A DNA stretch of 64,000 bases from an uncultured Actinomycetes bacterium (GTDB taxonomy: Bacteria; Actinomycetota; Thermoleophilia; UBA2241): assembly GCA_963751565.1 (NCBI GenBank), contig CAVVVA010000003.1, positions 7,836 through 71,835 on the forward strand. The letters run 5' to 3'. Shown piece after piece: positions 13,294 through 22,116 of this stretch. The notes beneath the pieces were generated by a model that worked only from the letters and a program-made list of their open reading frames with translations, was not told where the DNA came from and did no database searches. Position 1 is the first letter of the stretch; each line of letters opens with the position of its first letter. A program made the position numbers and the translations under genes.

Positions 13294-14033
13294 GCCCGAC
13301 CCCGAAAGGCAGGAGCGTGGCGCCCGGCCCGGGCGCCGGAGCATGGGTGATCGTCGCGGCCGCCGGCGAGAGCCGGCGCATGGGGCTGCCCGAGGGCGAG
13401 TCCAAGCAGTTCCTGCTGCTCGCCGGCGAGCCGATCATCTGCCACTCCGTACGCCGCCTGTCGGCCATCGACGAGGTGGCCGGCGTCGTCGTCGTGCTGC
13501 ACCCGTCGCACGTCGTGCGGTTCGCCGGCCTGTCGGTCGTGGCCGAGCAGGGCAAGCCGGTGCTGATCGCCGAGGGCGGCCTCGAGCGCAGCGACTCGGT
13601 GCGCGCCGGCCTGTCGGTGGTGCCGGCCGAGGCCGACGTGATCGCCGTACACGACGGAGCGCGGCCGCTGTTCAGCCGGCACGTCTTTCTCGACTGTCTT
13701 GCGGCGCTCGACCACGCCGACGGCGCCGTGCCGGCCGCGGCGGTGGTCGACACCCTCAAACGGGCCGACGGCGACGGTCGCGTGCTGCGCACCGTCGACC
13801 GTCGCGCGCTGTGGGCCGTGCAGACCCCTCAGGTGTTCAGGGCGGCGGCCCTGCGGGCCGCCTACGCGCGCCCCGACGTGAGCGGCTCGACCGACGACGC
13901 CGGCGTGCTCGAACGCGCCGGCGCCGCCGTGGTGGTGGTGCCCTCCACGCCGGCCAACGTCAAGGTGACGACGCCGGCCGACCTGCCGCTCGCCGGCGCC
14001 CTGCTGTCGTGGGAGGCCGAAGCTGACGTCTAG
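13290..14033 (+). CDS. ispD: 2-C-methyl-D-erythritol 4-phosphate cytidylyltransferase
   Basis: AAGESRRMG, KQFL, HDGARP, QTPQ, TDD, NVKVTTP.DL. Confidence 0.95.
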   Translation: MSPTPKGRSVAPGPGAGAWVIVAAAGESRRMGLPEGESKQFLLLAGEPIICHSVRRLSAIDEVAGVVVVLHPSHVVRFAGLSVVAEQGKPVLIAEGGLERSDSVRAGLSVVPAEADVIAVHDGARPLFSRHVFLDCLAALDHADGAVPAAAVVDTLKRADGDGRVLRTVDRRALWAVQTPQVFRAAALRAAYARPDVSGSTDDAGVLERAGAAVVVVPSTPANVKVTTPADLPLAGALLSWEAEADV

Positions 14034-14502
14034 GGTCGGCATCGGCTGCGACGCTCACCGGTTTGCCGCCGGCCGCCGCCTCGTGCTCTGCGGCCTCGAG
14101 ATCGCCGGTGACGAGGGCCTGAGCGGCCATTCCGACGCCGACGTCGCCACTCACGCCGTCATCGACGCGATCCTCGGGGCCGCCGGCATGGGCGACATCG
14201 GCGCTCTGTTTCCCGACACCGATCCCGCCTACGTGGGCGCCTCGAGCCTCGCGCTGCTGCGCGACGTCGTGGCGCGCGTCGCGGCGGCGGGCTGGCGGGT
14301 CGTCAACGTCGACCTCGTGATCGTCGCCGAGCGGCCCAGGCTGGCGGCGCATCGCGCCGAGATGGCCGGTCTGCTGGCGGCGGCGCTGAGCGTAGGCGGC
14401 GACGCCGTGGGGGTCAAGGCGACGACCACCGAGGGCATGGGTTTCGAGGGCCGCGGCGAGGGCGTCTCGGCGACGGCCGTCTGCCTGCTGGAGCGGGCCT
14501 AG
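14023..14502 (+). CDS. ispF: 2-C-methyl-D-erythritol 2,4-cyclodiphosphate synthase; probable CTG start
   Basis: RVGIGCDAH, GHSDADV..HA..DA, GDIG..FPD, KATTTE.MGF.GRGEG. GGGAGG lies 6 nt before the in-frame CTG at 14023. Confidence 0.9.
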   Translation: MTSRVGIGCDAHRFAAGRRLVLCGLEIAGDEGLSGHSDADVATHAVIDAILGAAGMGDIGALFPDTDPAYVGASSLALLRDVVARVAAAGWRVVNVDLVIVAERPRLAAHRAEMAGLLAAALSVGGDAVGVKATTTEGMGFEGRGEGVSATAVCLLERA

Positions 14503-14538
14503 GGAGTCAGGAGGCCGGCGCGGGCCTGGGGAGTCAGG
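14493..14538. repeat. 19-bp direct repeat, offset 27 nt, duplicating the ispF and tatA stop regions
   Basis: GCGGGCCTAGGGAGTCAGG at 14493 and GCGGGCCTGGGGAGTCAGG at 14520. Confidence 0.8.
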
Positions 14539-14785
14539 CGGTCGGCGGCGTCGAGCTCGGCGGCGTCGGGCTCGGCGGCGGGGGCGTGTCGTCGGGCGGC
14601 TTGCTCTCGAGCTCCTTGGGTTTCTCTTCGTCTTCGCCGCTCAGGCCCGTCCTGAAGCCGCGGATGCTCTGCCCGATCGACTTGCCGAGCCCGGGGATGC
14701 GCGACCCCCCGAACAGCAGCACGATGATGGCGAGGATGATGACCCAGACGATGGGGTCGAAGAGCATGGCGACTGTCGGTGGCAT
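14534..14785 (-). CDS. tatA: Twin-arginine translocase TatA/E subunit
   Basis: Single TM followed by LLFGGSRIPGLGKSIGQSIRGF amphipathic helix and a Pro-rich tail. Confidence 0.9.
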   Translation of the reverse strand: MPPTVAMLFDPIVWVIILAIIVLLFGGSRIPGLGKSIGQSIRGFRTGLSGEDEEKPKELESKPPDDTPPPPSPTPPSSTPPTA

Positions 14786-14898
14786 CGCATCTCTCTCGTC
14801 GACTGCAGGAGCATGACTGCGCGCCCGGCGCAGGCGCCGCCGTGAGCGGTGTGCGCTGCGCGCCGGCGCTTGCGTCACTGTACGGTCTCGAGCGGCGA

Positions 14899-14943
14899 CA
14901 ATCAAGATTGGCGCGCCCGCTTTGCAAGCAAAGCGGGCGCGCC
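14899..14943. repeat. Perfect 16-bp inverted repeat plus adjacent short palindrome in a divergent intergenic region
   Basis: GGCGCGCCCGCTTTGC-AA-GCAAAGCGGGCGCGCC (14910-14943) and CAATC-AA-GATTG (14899-14910). Confidence 0.85.
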
Positions 14944-15021
14944 GTTTCGCCGGGCCGCTCCAGGCGGTAGACTCTCGGTTCCCGTCCCGTCCAGCTCGAA
15001 CCCGCGGAGGCCACGCCAGGC

Positions 15022-15618
15022 ATGGAGCTCAACGCCGATCAGCCCGAGAAGCCCGTGGTCGTGGCCGTCGTCGGCAGCCCGCGGGCCGCCGGCAACACGT
15101 CGTATCTCGTCGACGTCGCCCTCGACGAGCTCGCCCGTCGCGGCCTCACCGCAGAGAAGATCATGCTGAGTGAGCACCGGGTGCTGCCCTGCGAGGGCCA
15201 CGACGAGTGCGAAGACCTCGCCGCCTGCCCGCTCGACGACGACGCCGGCGCGATCCTCGAGCGCATGTACGCGGCCGACGGCCTGATCCTGGCCACGCCG
15301 GTCTACTACGAGAACGTCTCCGGCCAGCTGAAGATCCTCATCGACCGCAACTGCTTCAACAACTCCCACGAGATCTGGCTGCGGGCGCGTTCGGTGGGGC
15401 TGATCGCGGTCGCCGACAGCACCGGACTCGACGAGACCATCGACGCCCTCAGGCGCTTCGTCGCGCTGTCGTCCGACAAGAAGGTCAAGCCGCTGTCGGC
15501 GGCGGGCCTCGCCTACCACGAAGGCGACGCCGCCGGCAACGCGGCGCTGGTCGCCGCGGTGCGCGAGATGGCGCGCGCCATGGCGGCGGCGCTGGGTCCC
15601 GAGGCCGTGCGCGGCTAG
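15022..15618 (+). CDS. Flavodoxin-like / iron-sulfur flavoprotein family (FMN_red)
   Basis: GSPR..GNT, C-x2-H-x2-C-x5-C, ADGLILATPVYY..VSGQLK..IDR. Confidence 0.85.
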   Translation: MELNADQPEKPVVVAVVGSPRAAGNTSYLVDVALDELARRGLTAEKIMLSEHRVLPCEGHDECEDLAACPLDDDAGAILERMYAADGLILATPVYYENVSGQLKILIDRNCFNNSHEIWLRARSVGLIAVADSTGLDETIDALRRFVALSSDKKVKPLSAAGLAYHEGDAAGNAALVAAVREMARAMAAALGPEAVRG

Positions 15619-15634
15619 CAGCCGGACTCTGCGG

Positions 15635-16741
15635 CTACTCCTCGCCCAGAGCGAGCCGCACCAGACGGTCCAGCAGAGCTCCGAAGGGCATTCCGGCCGC
15701 GCGCGCGGCCTTGGGGAACAGGCTGTTGATCGTCATGCCCGGAAGCGTGTTGACCTCGAGAACGACCGCGCCCCGATCCGCCGTGAGGATCATGTCGGCC
15801 CGCGAGTACCCCCGGCAATCGAGGGCGCGGTGTGCGCGCAGCGCGAGGTCCTGAGCCTGCTCGACCTCGTCGGGGGCGAGATCGGCGGGGCAGATCTCCT
15901 GGCAGAGCTCGGGATCGTACTTGGCGCGGTAGTCGAAGAACTCCCGCTTGGGCACGATCTCGACCACCGGCAGGGCGGTGAGCCGCCGGTTGCCGATGAC
16001 GCCCACGGTGATCTCACGACCGTCGAGCCGCTCTTCGACCAGGACGCGGCTGTCGTACTGGAAGGCCGTCTCGAGCGCCGGCCGCAGCTCCTCCGGGCGG
16101 CACACCGGGCTCATCCCTACGCTCGAGCCCTGCCGTGACGGTTTGACGAACGCCGGGATGAGAGCGGCGGCACGGCGCAGCGCTTCGTCGTCGAGCTCTT
16201 CCCGCTCGATCACGACCGCCTGCGGGATCGGGATGCCCTCCGCGGCCAGCATCTTGCCGGCCATCGCCTTGTCCATGGCCAGGGCCGACGCGAGCACTCC
16301 CGAACCGACGTACGGGATTCCCACGATCTCGAGCATGCCCTGGAGCGTGCCGTCCTCGCCGTAGGGTCCGTGCAAGCCGATGAAGGCCACGTCGATCTGC
16401 CGCTTGCCCTCGACGATCTGCACGGCCTCGGTGGCCGGCGCCGCCGCCGCCGCGGCGCTCTGGATCTGCTCCTGGAAGGCGGCGGGCAGCTCGCGGTCCC
16501 TGTCGGCGAGCTTCTCGGGCCCGCCGGCGTGAGCCAGCAGGGCCCGCGCTTTCTCTGCGAGATCGGCCGACAGCGAGGGGTTGCCCGCCATCAGGGCGAG
16601 AGAATCGAACAGGACGACCTCGTAACGGTCGCGCGGGAGATGTTCGGCGATCATGCGGCCCGAGGCGAGCGAGATCTCGCGCTCGGCGGAGGCGCCCCCC
16701 AGAAGGACACCCACCCGGATGCGTCGACCGGTGTCGCTCAC
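15635..16741 (-). CDS. ddl: D-alanine--D-alanine ligase
   Basis: GGASAEREISL.SG, LHGPYGEDGTLQG, SALAMDK, GSSVG, FFDY.AKY, EVNTLPGMT. GGAG before GTG 16741. Confidence 0.95.
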   Translation of the reverse strand: MSDTGRRIRVGVLLGGASAEREISLASGRMIAEHLPRDRYEVVLFDSLALMAGNPSLSADLAEKARALLAHAGGPEKLADRDRELPAAFQEQIQSAAAAAAPATEAVQIVEGKRQIDVAFIGLHGPYGEDGTLQGMLEIVGIPYVGSGVLASALAMDKAMAGKMLAAEGIPIPQAVVIEREELDDEALRRAAALIPAFVKPSRQGSSVGMSPVCRPEELRPALETAFQYDSRVLVEERLDGREITVGVIGNRRLTALPVVEIVPKREFFDYRAKYDPELCQEICPADLAPDEVEQAQDLALRAHRALDCRGYSRADMILTADRGAVVLEVNTLPGMTINSLFPKAARAAGMPFGALLDRLVRLALGEE

Positions 16742-16910
16742 GCGGGACTCCTTCGGACTCGGATTGCCGGCTCTCGTTGCTGCGTCGCCGCGGCAGTCAC
16801 GGCAGTGAGACACGCCATGCCCGTCTTGGCTGGCACGACACGCAGTATACAGTCCGGGCGGGACGCTCGGCGCGGCGGATTTCCGTTGCCGCCGAAGAGG
16901 CGGACGCGCC

Positions 16911-16992
16911 CGGCGCCGGCGCGGCCCTACGACTCGGCGCCGGCGCGGTCCTGCGTCTCGGCGCCGGCGCGGCCCTACGTCTCGGCGCCGGC
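16911..16992. repeat. 24-bp tandem repeat, about 3.4 copies, covering the stop codon of the cyclo-ligase gene
   Basis: Unit CGGCGCCGGCGCGGCCCTACGTCT with 1-2 mismatches at 16911, 16935 and 16959; partial copy at 16983. Confidence 0.9.
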
Positions 16993-17619
16993 TGGTTGGC
17001 CGGTCTCGATCGCGCGCCGCTCGGTGACGACGAGATCGACGCCCAGGTCGTGCGCCTCGCGGGGCACGCGCTCGACCACCTGGAGGTCGAAGCCGATGCC
17101 GATGCGCCGGGCGTCGGGGCGCAGGCGCGCAAGGAACGTGTCGTAAAAGCCTCCGCCGTACCCCATGCGCCCGCCGCTCGCATCGAACGCCGCTCCGGGC
17201 ACGATGACGACGTCGATCGCGGCGGGGTCGACGAGCGGCAGTCCCGGTCGCGGCTCGGCAATGCCGTAGCGGCCGGCGATCAGGTCACGCTGGGGATCGG
17301 TCACCGCGAAGGCCTCCATGTGGTGTGGACCGACGATCCGTGGCAGCGCGACCGCGGCGCTGCGGCCAAGACACCAGGTGATCAAGGGGGCCGTGTCGAC
17401 CTCGCTGCGAAACGAGGCGAAGCACAGGATGGTCCGGGCGCCGGCGACGACCGGCAGGGCGGTGAGGCGGGCGCGCAGCGCCTCGCCTGCGGCGAGGCGC
17501 TGCGCGCCCGAAAGCGCGTCGCGGCGCCCGAGCACGAGATCGCGCAGCGCCCGCTTGGCGCCGGCGGGATCGCCGTCGCCAGGTCCGACAACGCCGCGGC
17601 CGTCGCTTCGTCTCCTCAT
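16975..17619 (-). CDS. 5-formyltetrahydrofolate cyclo-ligase
   Basis: K..LR, SEVDT, LPRI, YGIAEP, VPGAAFD..G.RMGYGGGFYD, E.HD..VD..VTE. Confidence 0.93.
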   Translation of the reverse strand: MRRRSDGRGVVGPGDGDPAGAKRALRDLVLGRRDALSGAQRLAAGEALRARLTALPVVAGARTILCFASFRSEVDTAPLITWCLGRSAAVALPRIVGPHHMEAFAVTDPQRDLIAGRYGIAEPRPGLPLVDPAAIDVVIVPGAAFDASGGRMGYGGGFYDTFLARLRPDARRIGIGFDLQVVERVPREAHDLGVDLVVTERRAIETGQPAGAET

Positions 17620-17747
17620 CGGTCGCAGGTCCCTACTTGTGTCGTATACTCGAGTCCAGGCAAAGTATACCCGGGCGGCATCTGCGGCCCGGCCGACGGC
17701 AGGCAAGGCAACGGCCGTGAGGGCCCGTTGCGGAGGGGGCGCCGACG

Positions 17748-18923
17748 ATGGCCATACGCTCTCGCGAAGAGCTCACACTCGCCGAGCTGTTCGCGCACAC
17801 GCTCGGCAATCTGATCGCCCTCACCGGCCCCGAACAGCCACGCGTCGTGCCCACGACTGCGCAGATCCTGAGTGCGCCCGACAGCGAGGTGTGCATCCCG
17901 CCGGCGTTGTTCCGGCTCGTCCAGCTCGTCCTGCTGCCCGAGGCGCTCGGCGGCAACTCGGGCGCGGTCCTGTACGTCGCCGCCAAGCGCTTCAGCCGCA
18001 GCCTCGAGCTGCAGTCGATCCAGGACCTGAAGTCGTGGTTTGCCGCGATGATGCTCGGCGAGCTCGAGGTCGAGCTCGACGAAGAGAAGGTGCTGGTCAA
18101 GCTCTCCAAGTGCATGACCTGCTACCGGCTGCCGGCCACCGGCAGCGCGCTGTGCGACTTCGAGCGCGGCCTCGTCGACGGCGTGCTCGAGCGCATCACC
18201 GGCGCCGAGGTCATCACCAAGGAGACCCTGTGCTGGGGCCTGGGCGACACCGTGTGCCAGTTCGAGGCATACAACGCCGACGCCGACGGCTACGTCTACG
18301 CCGAGGACGGCTCCCAGCGCGAGGTGCAGCGCCGTCTGCTGGCCGGCATCGCCGACCAGTCCGACATCGCCCTCGAGAACCTGCTCCTGGTCAGCGACCA
18401 TCGCTACGCCGAGACGCGCGACTCGCTGACGGGCATGTACAACTTCCGCCACCTGCGTGAGCACGCGGCGCTCGAGCTCGCCCGGGCGCGCCGGCACGAG
18501 CGCACGGTCGCCTTCGTCATGCTCGACATCGACGGCTTCGCCAAGGTCAACGAGGCGGTCGGCGAGGCCGGCGGCGACGCGGTGCTGCGCCAGTGGGCCG
18601 AGCAGTTGCGCGACCTGCTGCGCGAGTGCGACCTCACCTGCCGCTACGGCGCCGACGAGTTCCTGCTGGTGCTCCCCGAGACCGGCGACTCGCAGGCCGA
18701 CCTCGTCCTGGGGCGCCTGCACGCGGCGCTCGGCGAGATGGTCTGCCAAGCCGACGGACGCAGCTTCACCTTGAGCGCCAGCGCCGGGATCGCGACCTTC
18801 CCCGAAGACGGCGCCATAGTCGAAGAGCTGGTCGCCAAGGCGACGACGACCATGTACGTGGCCAAGTCGCGCGGCGAGGGCCAGATCGGCTTCTACTCGC
18901 CGCCCGCGCAGCAACCCGAGTGA
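17748..18923 (+). CDS. V4R-domain diguanylate cyclase (GADEF variant)
   Basis: V4R motifs CMTC, LCDFERG, ETLCWGLGDTVCQF; DSLTG, DIDGF..VN, RECD I-site, RYGADEF. Confidence 0.85.
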   Translation: MAIRSREELTLAELFAHTLGNLIALTGPEQPRVVPTTAQILSAPDSEVCIPPALFRLVQLVLLPEALGGNSGAVLYVAAKRFSRSLELQSIQDLKSWFAAMMLGELEVELDEEKVLVKLSKCMTCYRLPATGSALCDFERGLVDGVLERITGAEVITKETLCWGLGDTVCQFEAYNADADGYVYAEDGSQREVQRRLLAGIADQSDIALENLLLVSDHRYAETRDSLTGMYNFRHLREHAALELARARRHERTVAFVMLDIDGFAKVNEAVGEAGGDAVLRQWAEQLRDLLRECDLTCRYGADEFLLVLPETGDSQADLVLGRLHAALGEMVCQADGRSFTLSASAGIATFPEDGAIVEELVAKATTTMYVAKSRGEGQIGFYSPPAQQPE

Positions 18924-18924
18924 A

Positions 18925-18970
18925 GCGGCGGGGGCGGGCCTGTGAGGCCCGCCCCCGCCGCCCCTTCGTT
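18925..18970 (+). terminator. GC-rich hairpin after the GGDEF gene
   Basis: CGGCGGGGGCGGGCCT-GTG-AGGCCCGCCCCCGCCG followed by a weak T run. Confidence 0.6.
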
Positions 18971-19006
18971 GCCGGAACCGCGAGCCTCGTGGTAGCGTTG
19001 CCTGCC

Positions 19007-19471
19007 GTGCCCGAGCGTCTCGAGATCTTAGCCGTCGGCCGCCTCGACGCCGACCTGCGGCCGGCCTTCGCGCACTACGAACGGCTGATCGCCGGGCTCT
19101 GCCGGCTCTCTGTCCGCGAGGTGCGCGAGGTCCCGCTGCGCGGTCGCGCGGTCGCCGAGGTGCTGCGCGACGAAGGCCGGCGGCTGCTGTCGGGTCTGCC
19201 GCCGGACGGCACGATCGTGGCGCTCGACGCCGCCGGCCGCAGCTACGACAGCGCGGCCTTCGCGGCGCGCCTGCGGAGCTGGTCCGAAGCCGGACCGGCG
19301 ACGTTCGTGGTGGGCGGCTCGCTGGGCATGGCCGACGAGGTCAAGGCCGCGGCGCACGAGCTGCTGTCGCTGTCGCCGCTCACGCTGCCGCACCAGCTCG
19401 CCCGGGTGGTGCTGGCCGAACAGCTCTTCCGCGGGCTCAAGATCGCCCGCGGCGAGACATACCATCACTAG
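19007..19471 (+). CDS. rlmH: 23S rRNA (pseudouridine1915-N3)-methyltransferase
   Basis: ILAVGR, ALD..G, FVVGGSLG, LSLSPLTLPHQLARVVLAEQLFRG..I..G..YH. Confidence 0.95.
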   Translation: MPERLEILAVGRLDADLRPAFAHYERLIAGLCRLSVREVREVPLRGRAVAEVLRDEGRRLLSGLPPDGTIVALDAAGRSYDSAAFAARLRSWSEAGPATFVVGGSLGMADEVKAAAHELLSLSPLTLPHQLARVVLAEQLFRGLKIARGETYHH

Positions 19472-19520
19472 GAGGGCGCGCCGGGCGGCGCGGCCCGAGG
19501 CCAGGCAAAGGGACGGCGAG

Positions 19521-21296
19521 ATGAGCGATCGCGACGAGCACGAGGAGCTCTACGGGCTGACCGGCCTGGGACGGTCGCTCGCGCGAACGCTCGCCGAGAT
19601 CGTCCCCGGCGGTCCGGCGGCGGCCGAGGTGACGCTGCCGCCCAAGCCCGAGTTCGGCGACGTGTCGACGCCGACCGCCCTGGCGGTCGCGCGCCGGGCC
19701 GGCCGCGACCCGCGCGAGCTGGCCGGCGAGCTGGGCGCTCGCTGGTGCGCCGGACCGGGAGCCGGCGTCTGCGCACGCTACGAGGTCGCCGGACCGGGAT
19801 TTCTCAACCTCTTCCTGAACGACGCCTGGTACCGCGGTGCGACCCGCCGCATGCTGGCGCTCGGCGACGACCACGGCCGCGACGTGCTGCCGGCCGACCG
19901 CCGGCAGAAGGTCAACATCGAGTTCGTCAGCGTCAACCCGACGGGGCCGCTGCACGTCGGCCACGCTCGCTATGCGTCGATGGGCGACGCGCTCTGCCGT
20001 CTGTTCGCCTTTGCCGGCCACGACGTGACCCGCGAGTTCTACGTCAACGACTTCGGCAGCCAGATGGTCAAGTTCGGCCAGTCGCTGGCCGCGCGCTACG
20101 CGCAGCGCCTCGGCATCGAGATGCCGGTGCCCGACGACGGCTATCTGGGCGACTACCTGCTCGAGGTCGCCGACCGGCTGATCGACGAGGTCGGCGATCG
20201 CTACCGCGCGGCCGTCGCGGCGGCGGCGCCCGACGCGACGCGGGTGCCGTCCGACGTGGCCGACGAGCTCAAGTCGTGGGGCCGCGACGCCATCCTCGGC
20301 CGCTTTCGCGACACCCTCGAGCGCCTGCGCGTGCCGTTCGACGTGTGGACGAGCGAGGCCTCGCTCTACGAGGGCGGTACGGCCCATCGCGGCTTTGCCG
20401 GCGAGGTCGGCAAGGCGCTGCGCGAGCTCGACGGCGACGGCGAGCTGTTCGATGCCGACGGCGCCGTGTGGCTGCGCACCACCGACTACGGCGACGACAA
20501 GGACCGCGTGCTGATCCGCCAGACCGGCGCGCCGACGTACTTTCTCTCCGACATCGCCTATCACCGCGACAAGATGGACCGCGGCTTCGGGCACCTGATC
20601 GACATCTGGGGCGCCGATCACCACGGCTACGTGCCGCGCATGAAGGCGATGTTCAGCGCGCTGCCGCCGCACGACCCCGAGCGCCTCGAGCTGATCATCG
20701 GGCAGATGGTGAACCTGCTCGAAAGCGGGGTGGCGCGGCGCATGTCGAAGCGCCGCGGCGACATCGTCACCGTCGACGACCTGGTCGACGCCATCGGCGT
20801 CGACGCCGTGCGCTTCTTCATGGTCGCGCGCAGCCACGACTCGACCCTCGACCTCGACCTCGACCTCGCGGTCGAACAGTCGGGCAAGAACCCGGTCTAC
20901 TACGTGCAGTACGCCCACGCGCGCATCTGCAGCGTGCTGCGCAACCTCGCCCGGCAGCAGGGCGGCGAGACGCCGCCGCCCGGCGAGACGTTGGCGCCGC
21001 GCGTGGGGCAGTCGTTCGGCGACGTCGCAGTCGGCCCCTTCGAGCGCAGCCTGGTGCGCACGATCGCGAGATTCCCGCTCGTGGTGCTCGAGGCGGTGGA
21101 GCGTCGCGGCCCGCACCGCGTGCACGCCTACCTCGGCGAGCTCGCCGCGGAGTTCCACGTCTTCTACCGCAACTGCCGGGTGCTGACCGACGACCCCGAG
21201 GTCGCGGCCTTCCGCACGGGCCTGTGCGTGGCTACGCGCACGACGCTGGCCAAGGGCCTGGAGCTGCTCGGCGTGAGCGCGCCGCAGAGCATGTAA
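19521..21296 (+). CDS. argS: Arginyl-tRNA synthetase
   Basis: AGPGFLN, EFVSVNPTGPLHVGH, WGADHHGY, MSKRRG, NPVYYVQYAHAR. Confidence 0.97.
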   Translation: MSDRDEHEELYGLTGLGRSLARTLAEIVPGGPAAAEVTLPPKPEFGDVSTPTALAVARRAGRDPRELAGELGARWCAGPGAGVCARYEVAGPGFLNLFLNDAWYRGATRRMLALGDDHGRDVLPADRRQKVNIEFVSVNPTGPLHVGHARYASMGDALCRLFAFAGHDVTREFYVNDFGSQMVKFGQSLAARYAQRLGIEMPVPDDGYLGDYLLEVADRLIDEVGDRYRAAVAAAAPDATRVPSDVADELKSWGRDAILGRFRDTLERLRVPFDVWTSEASLYEGGTAHRGFAGEVGKALRELDGDGELFDADGAVWLRTTDYGDDKDRVLIRQTGAPTYFLSDIAYHRDKMDRGFGHLIDIWGADHHGYVPRMKAMFSALPPHDPERLELIIGQMVNLLESGVARRMSKRRGDIVTVDDLVDAIGVDAVRFFMVARSHDSTLDLDLDLAVEQSGKNPVYYVQYAHARICSVLRNLARQQGGETPPPGETLAPRVGQSFGDVAVGPFERSLVRTIARFPLVVLEAVERRGPHRVHAYLGELAAEFHVFYRNCRVLTDDPEVAAFRTGLCVATRTTLAKGLELLGVSAPQSM

Positions 21297-21357
21297 CGCC
21301 GCGGCGCTCGCCGCCGCCCGCGTCATACGAGAGCCGCGGCCGCCGGGCCGCTCGCGG

Positions 21358-21777
21358 TCAGGTCAGGAGATGTTCCTCGGCGTACTTGCGCAGCTCCTCG
21401 GCCTGCCCGGGGTTGAGGTCGCGCTCGAGCCCGAGAAGGTGCGAGAGCGCGACGTTGGCCCGGCCGCGAAACAGCCGCTCGACGACACTGTCCAGGATCG
21501 TGCCGGCCACCTCGTTGCCGGGGATGGCCGGCGTGTAGAGGTAGGCGATGCTCGAGCGGTCCTGGGTGAGCAGCTCCTTCTTGACCAGGTTGTTCATGAC
21601 GGTCATGACGGTCGTGTAGGCGATCTGGCGCCGCTCGCGCAACGTCTCGTAGACATCGCGCACCGTCGCCTGTTGACACTCCCAGATGATCGCGAGGATG
21701 TCGGCCTCGAGCGAGCCGATCCCCGTGAACGGAGCGCCCTTCGTGCTCTTGAGCCATTTCGGTCTGATGCTTTCCAT
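21358..21777 (-). CDS. BlaI/MecI/CopY family transcriptional repressor
   Basis: LE..I..IIW, TVRDV, IAYTTVMTVM..L..K, Y.Y.P motifs. ATG 21777 follows AAAGGGGGCG. Confidence 0.9.
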   Translation of the reverse strand: MESIRPKWLKSTKGAPFTGIGSLEADILAIIWECQQATVRDVYETLRERRQIAYTTVMTVMNNLVKKELLTQDRSSIAYLYTPAIPGNEVAGTILDSVVERLFRGRANVALSHLLGLERDLNPGQAEELRKYAEEHLLT

Positions 21778-22116
21778 ACACCCGCCCCCTTTCGTAGCCT
21801 CATGTCGCCACATGACGGCTGCTCCCACATAAGCAGCCCGAAACACCTAGTAGTCGATACCTACCATAGCCACCAAACGAGTGCAATAAACCGTTGGTGT
21901 CAGGGCCGCGCGCCGGTGTCGTTCCCCGCTGCGGCGGGGTCGCAGAAGCACGGCTGGACTACGCTCCGATCGGGCGCCCGGCGCAGTCGATGTCAATGGT
22001 GCGGTCTGTGCGGACCATCCCGAACGCCCCGGCAGGCGTTGGGCCGGCCGGCCGGCGAGCGGCGCGCCGCTCGGCGGTTTGGTAGGATGGTGCGGGCACG
22101 AGACGAGGAGGAAGGT

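Noticed and set aside
16911-16992. Tandem repeat as a CRISPR array
   Set aside because: The units are contiguous with no unique spacers and there are no cas genes.
17620-17747. 6S RNA upstream of the 5-formyl-THF cyclo-ligase
   Set aside because: The gap is only about 130 nt, is shared with a divergent gene and shows no long rod-like pairing.
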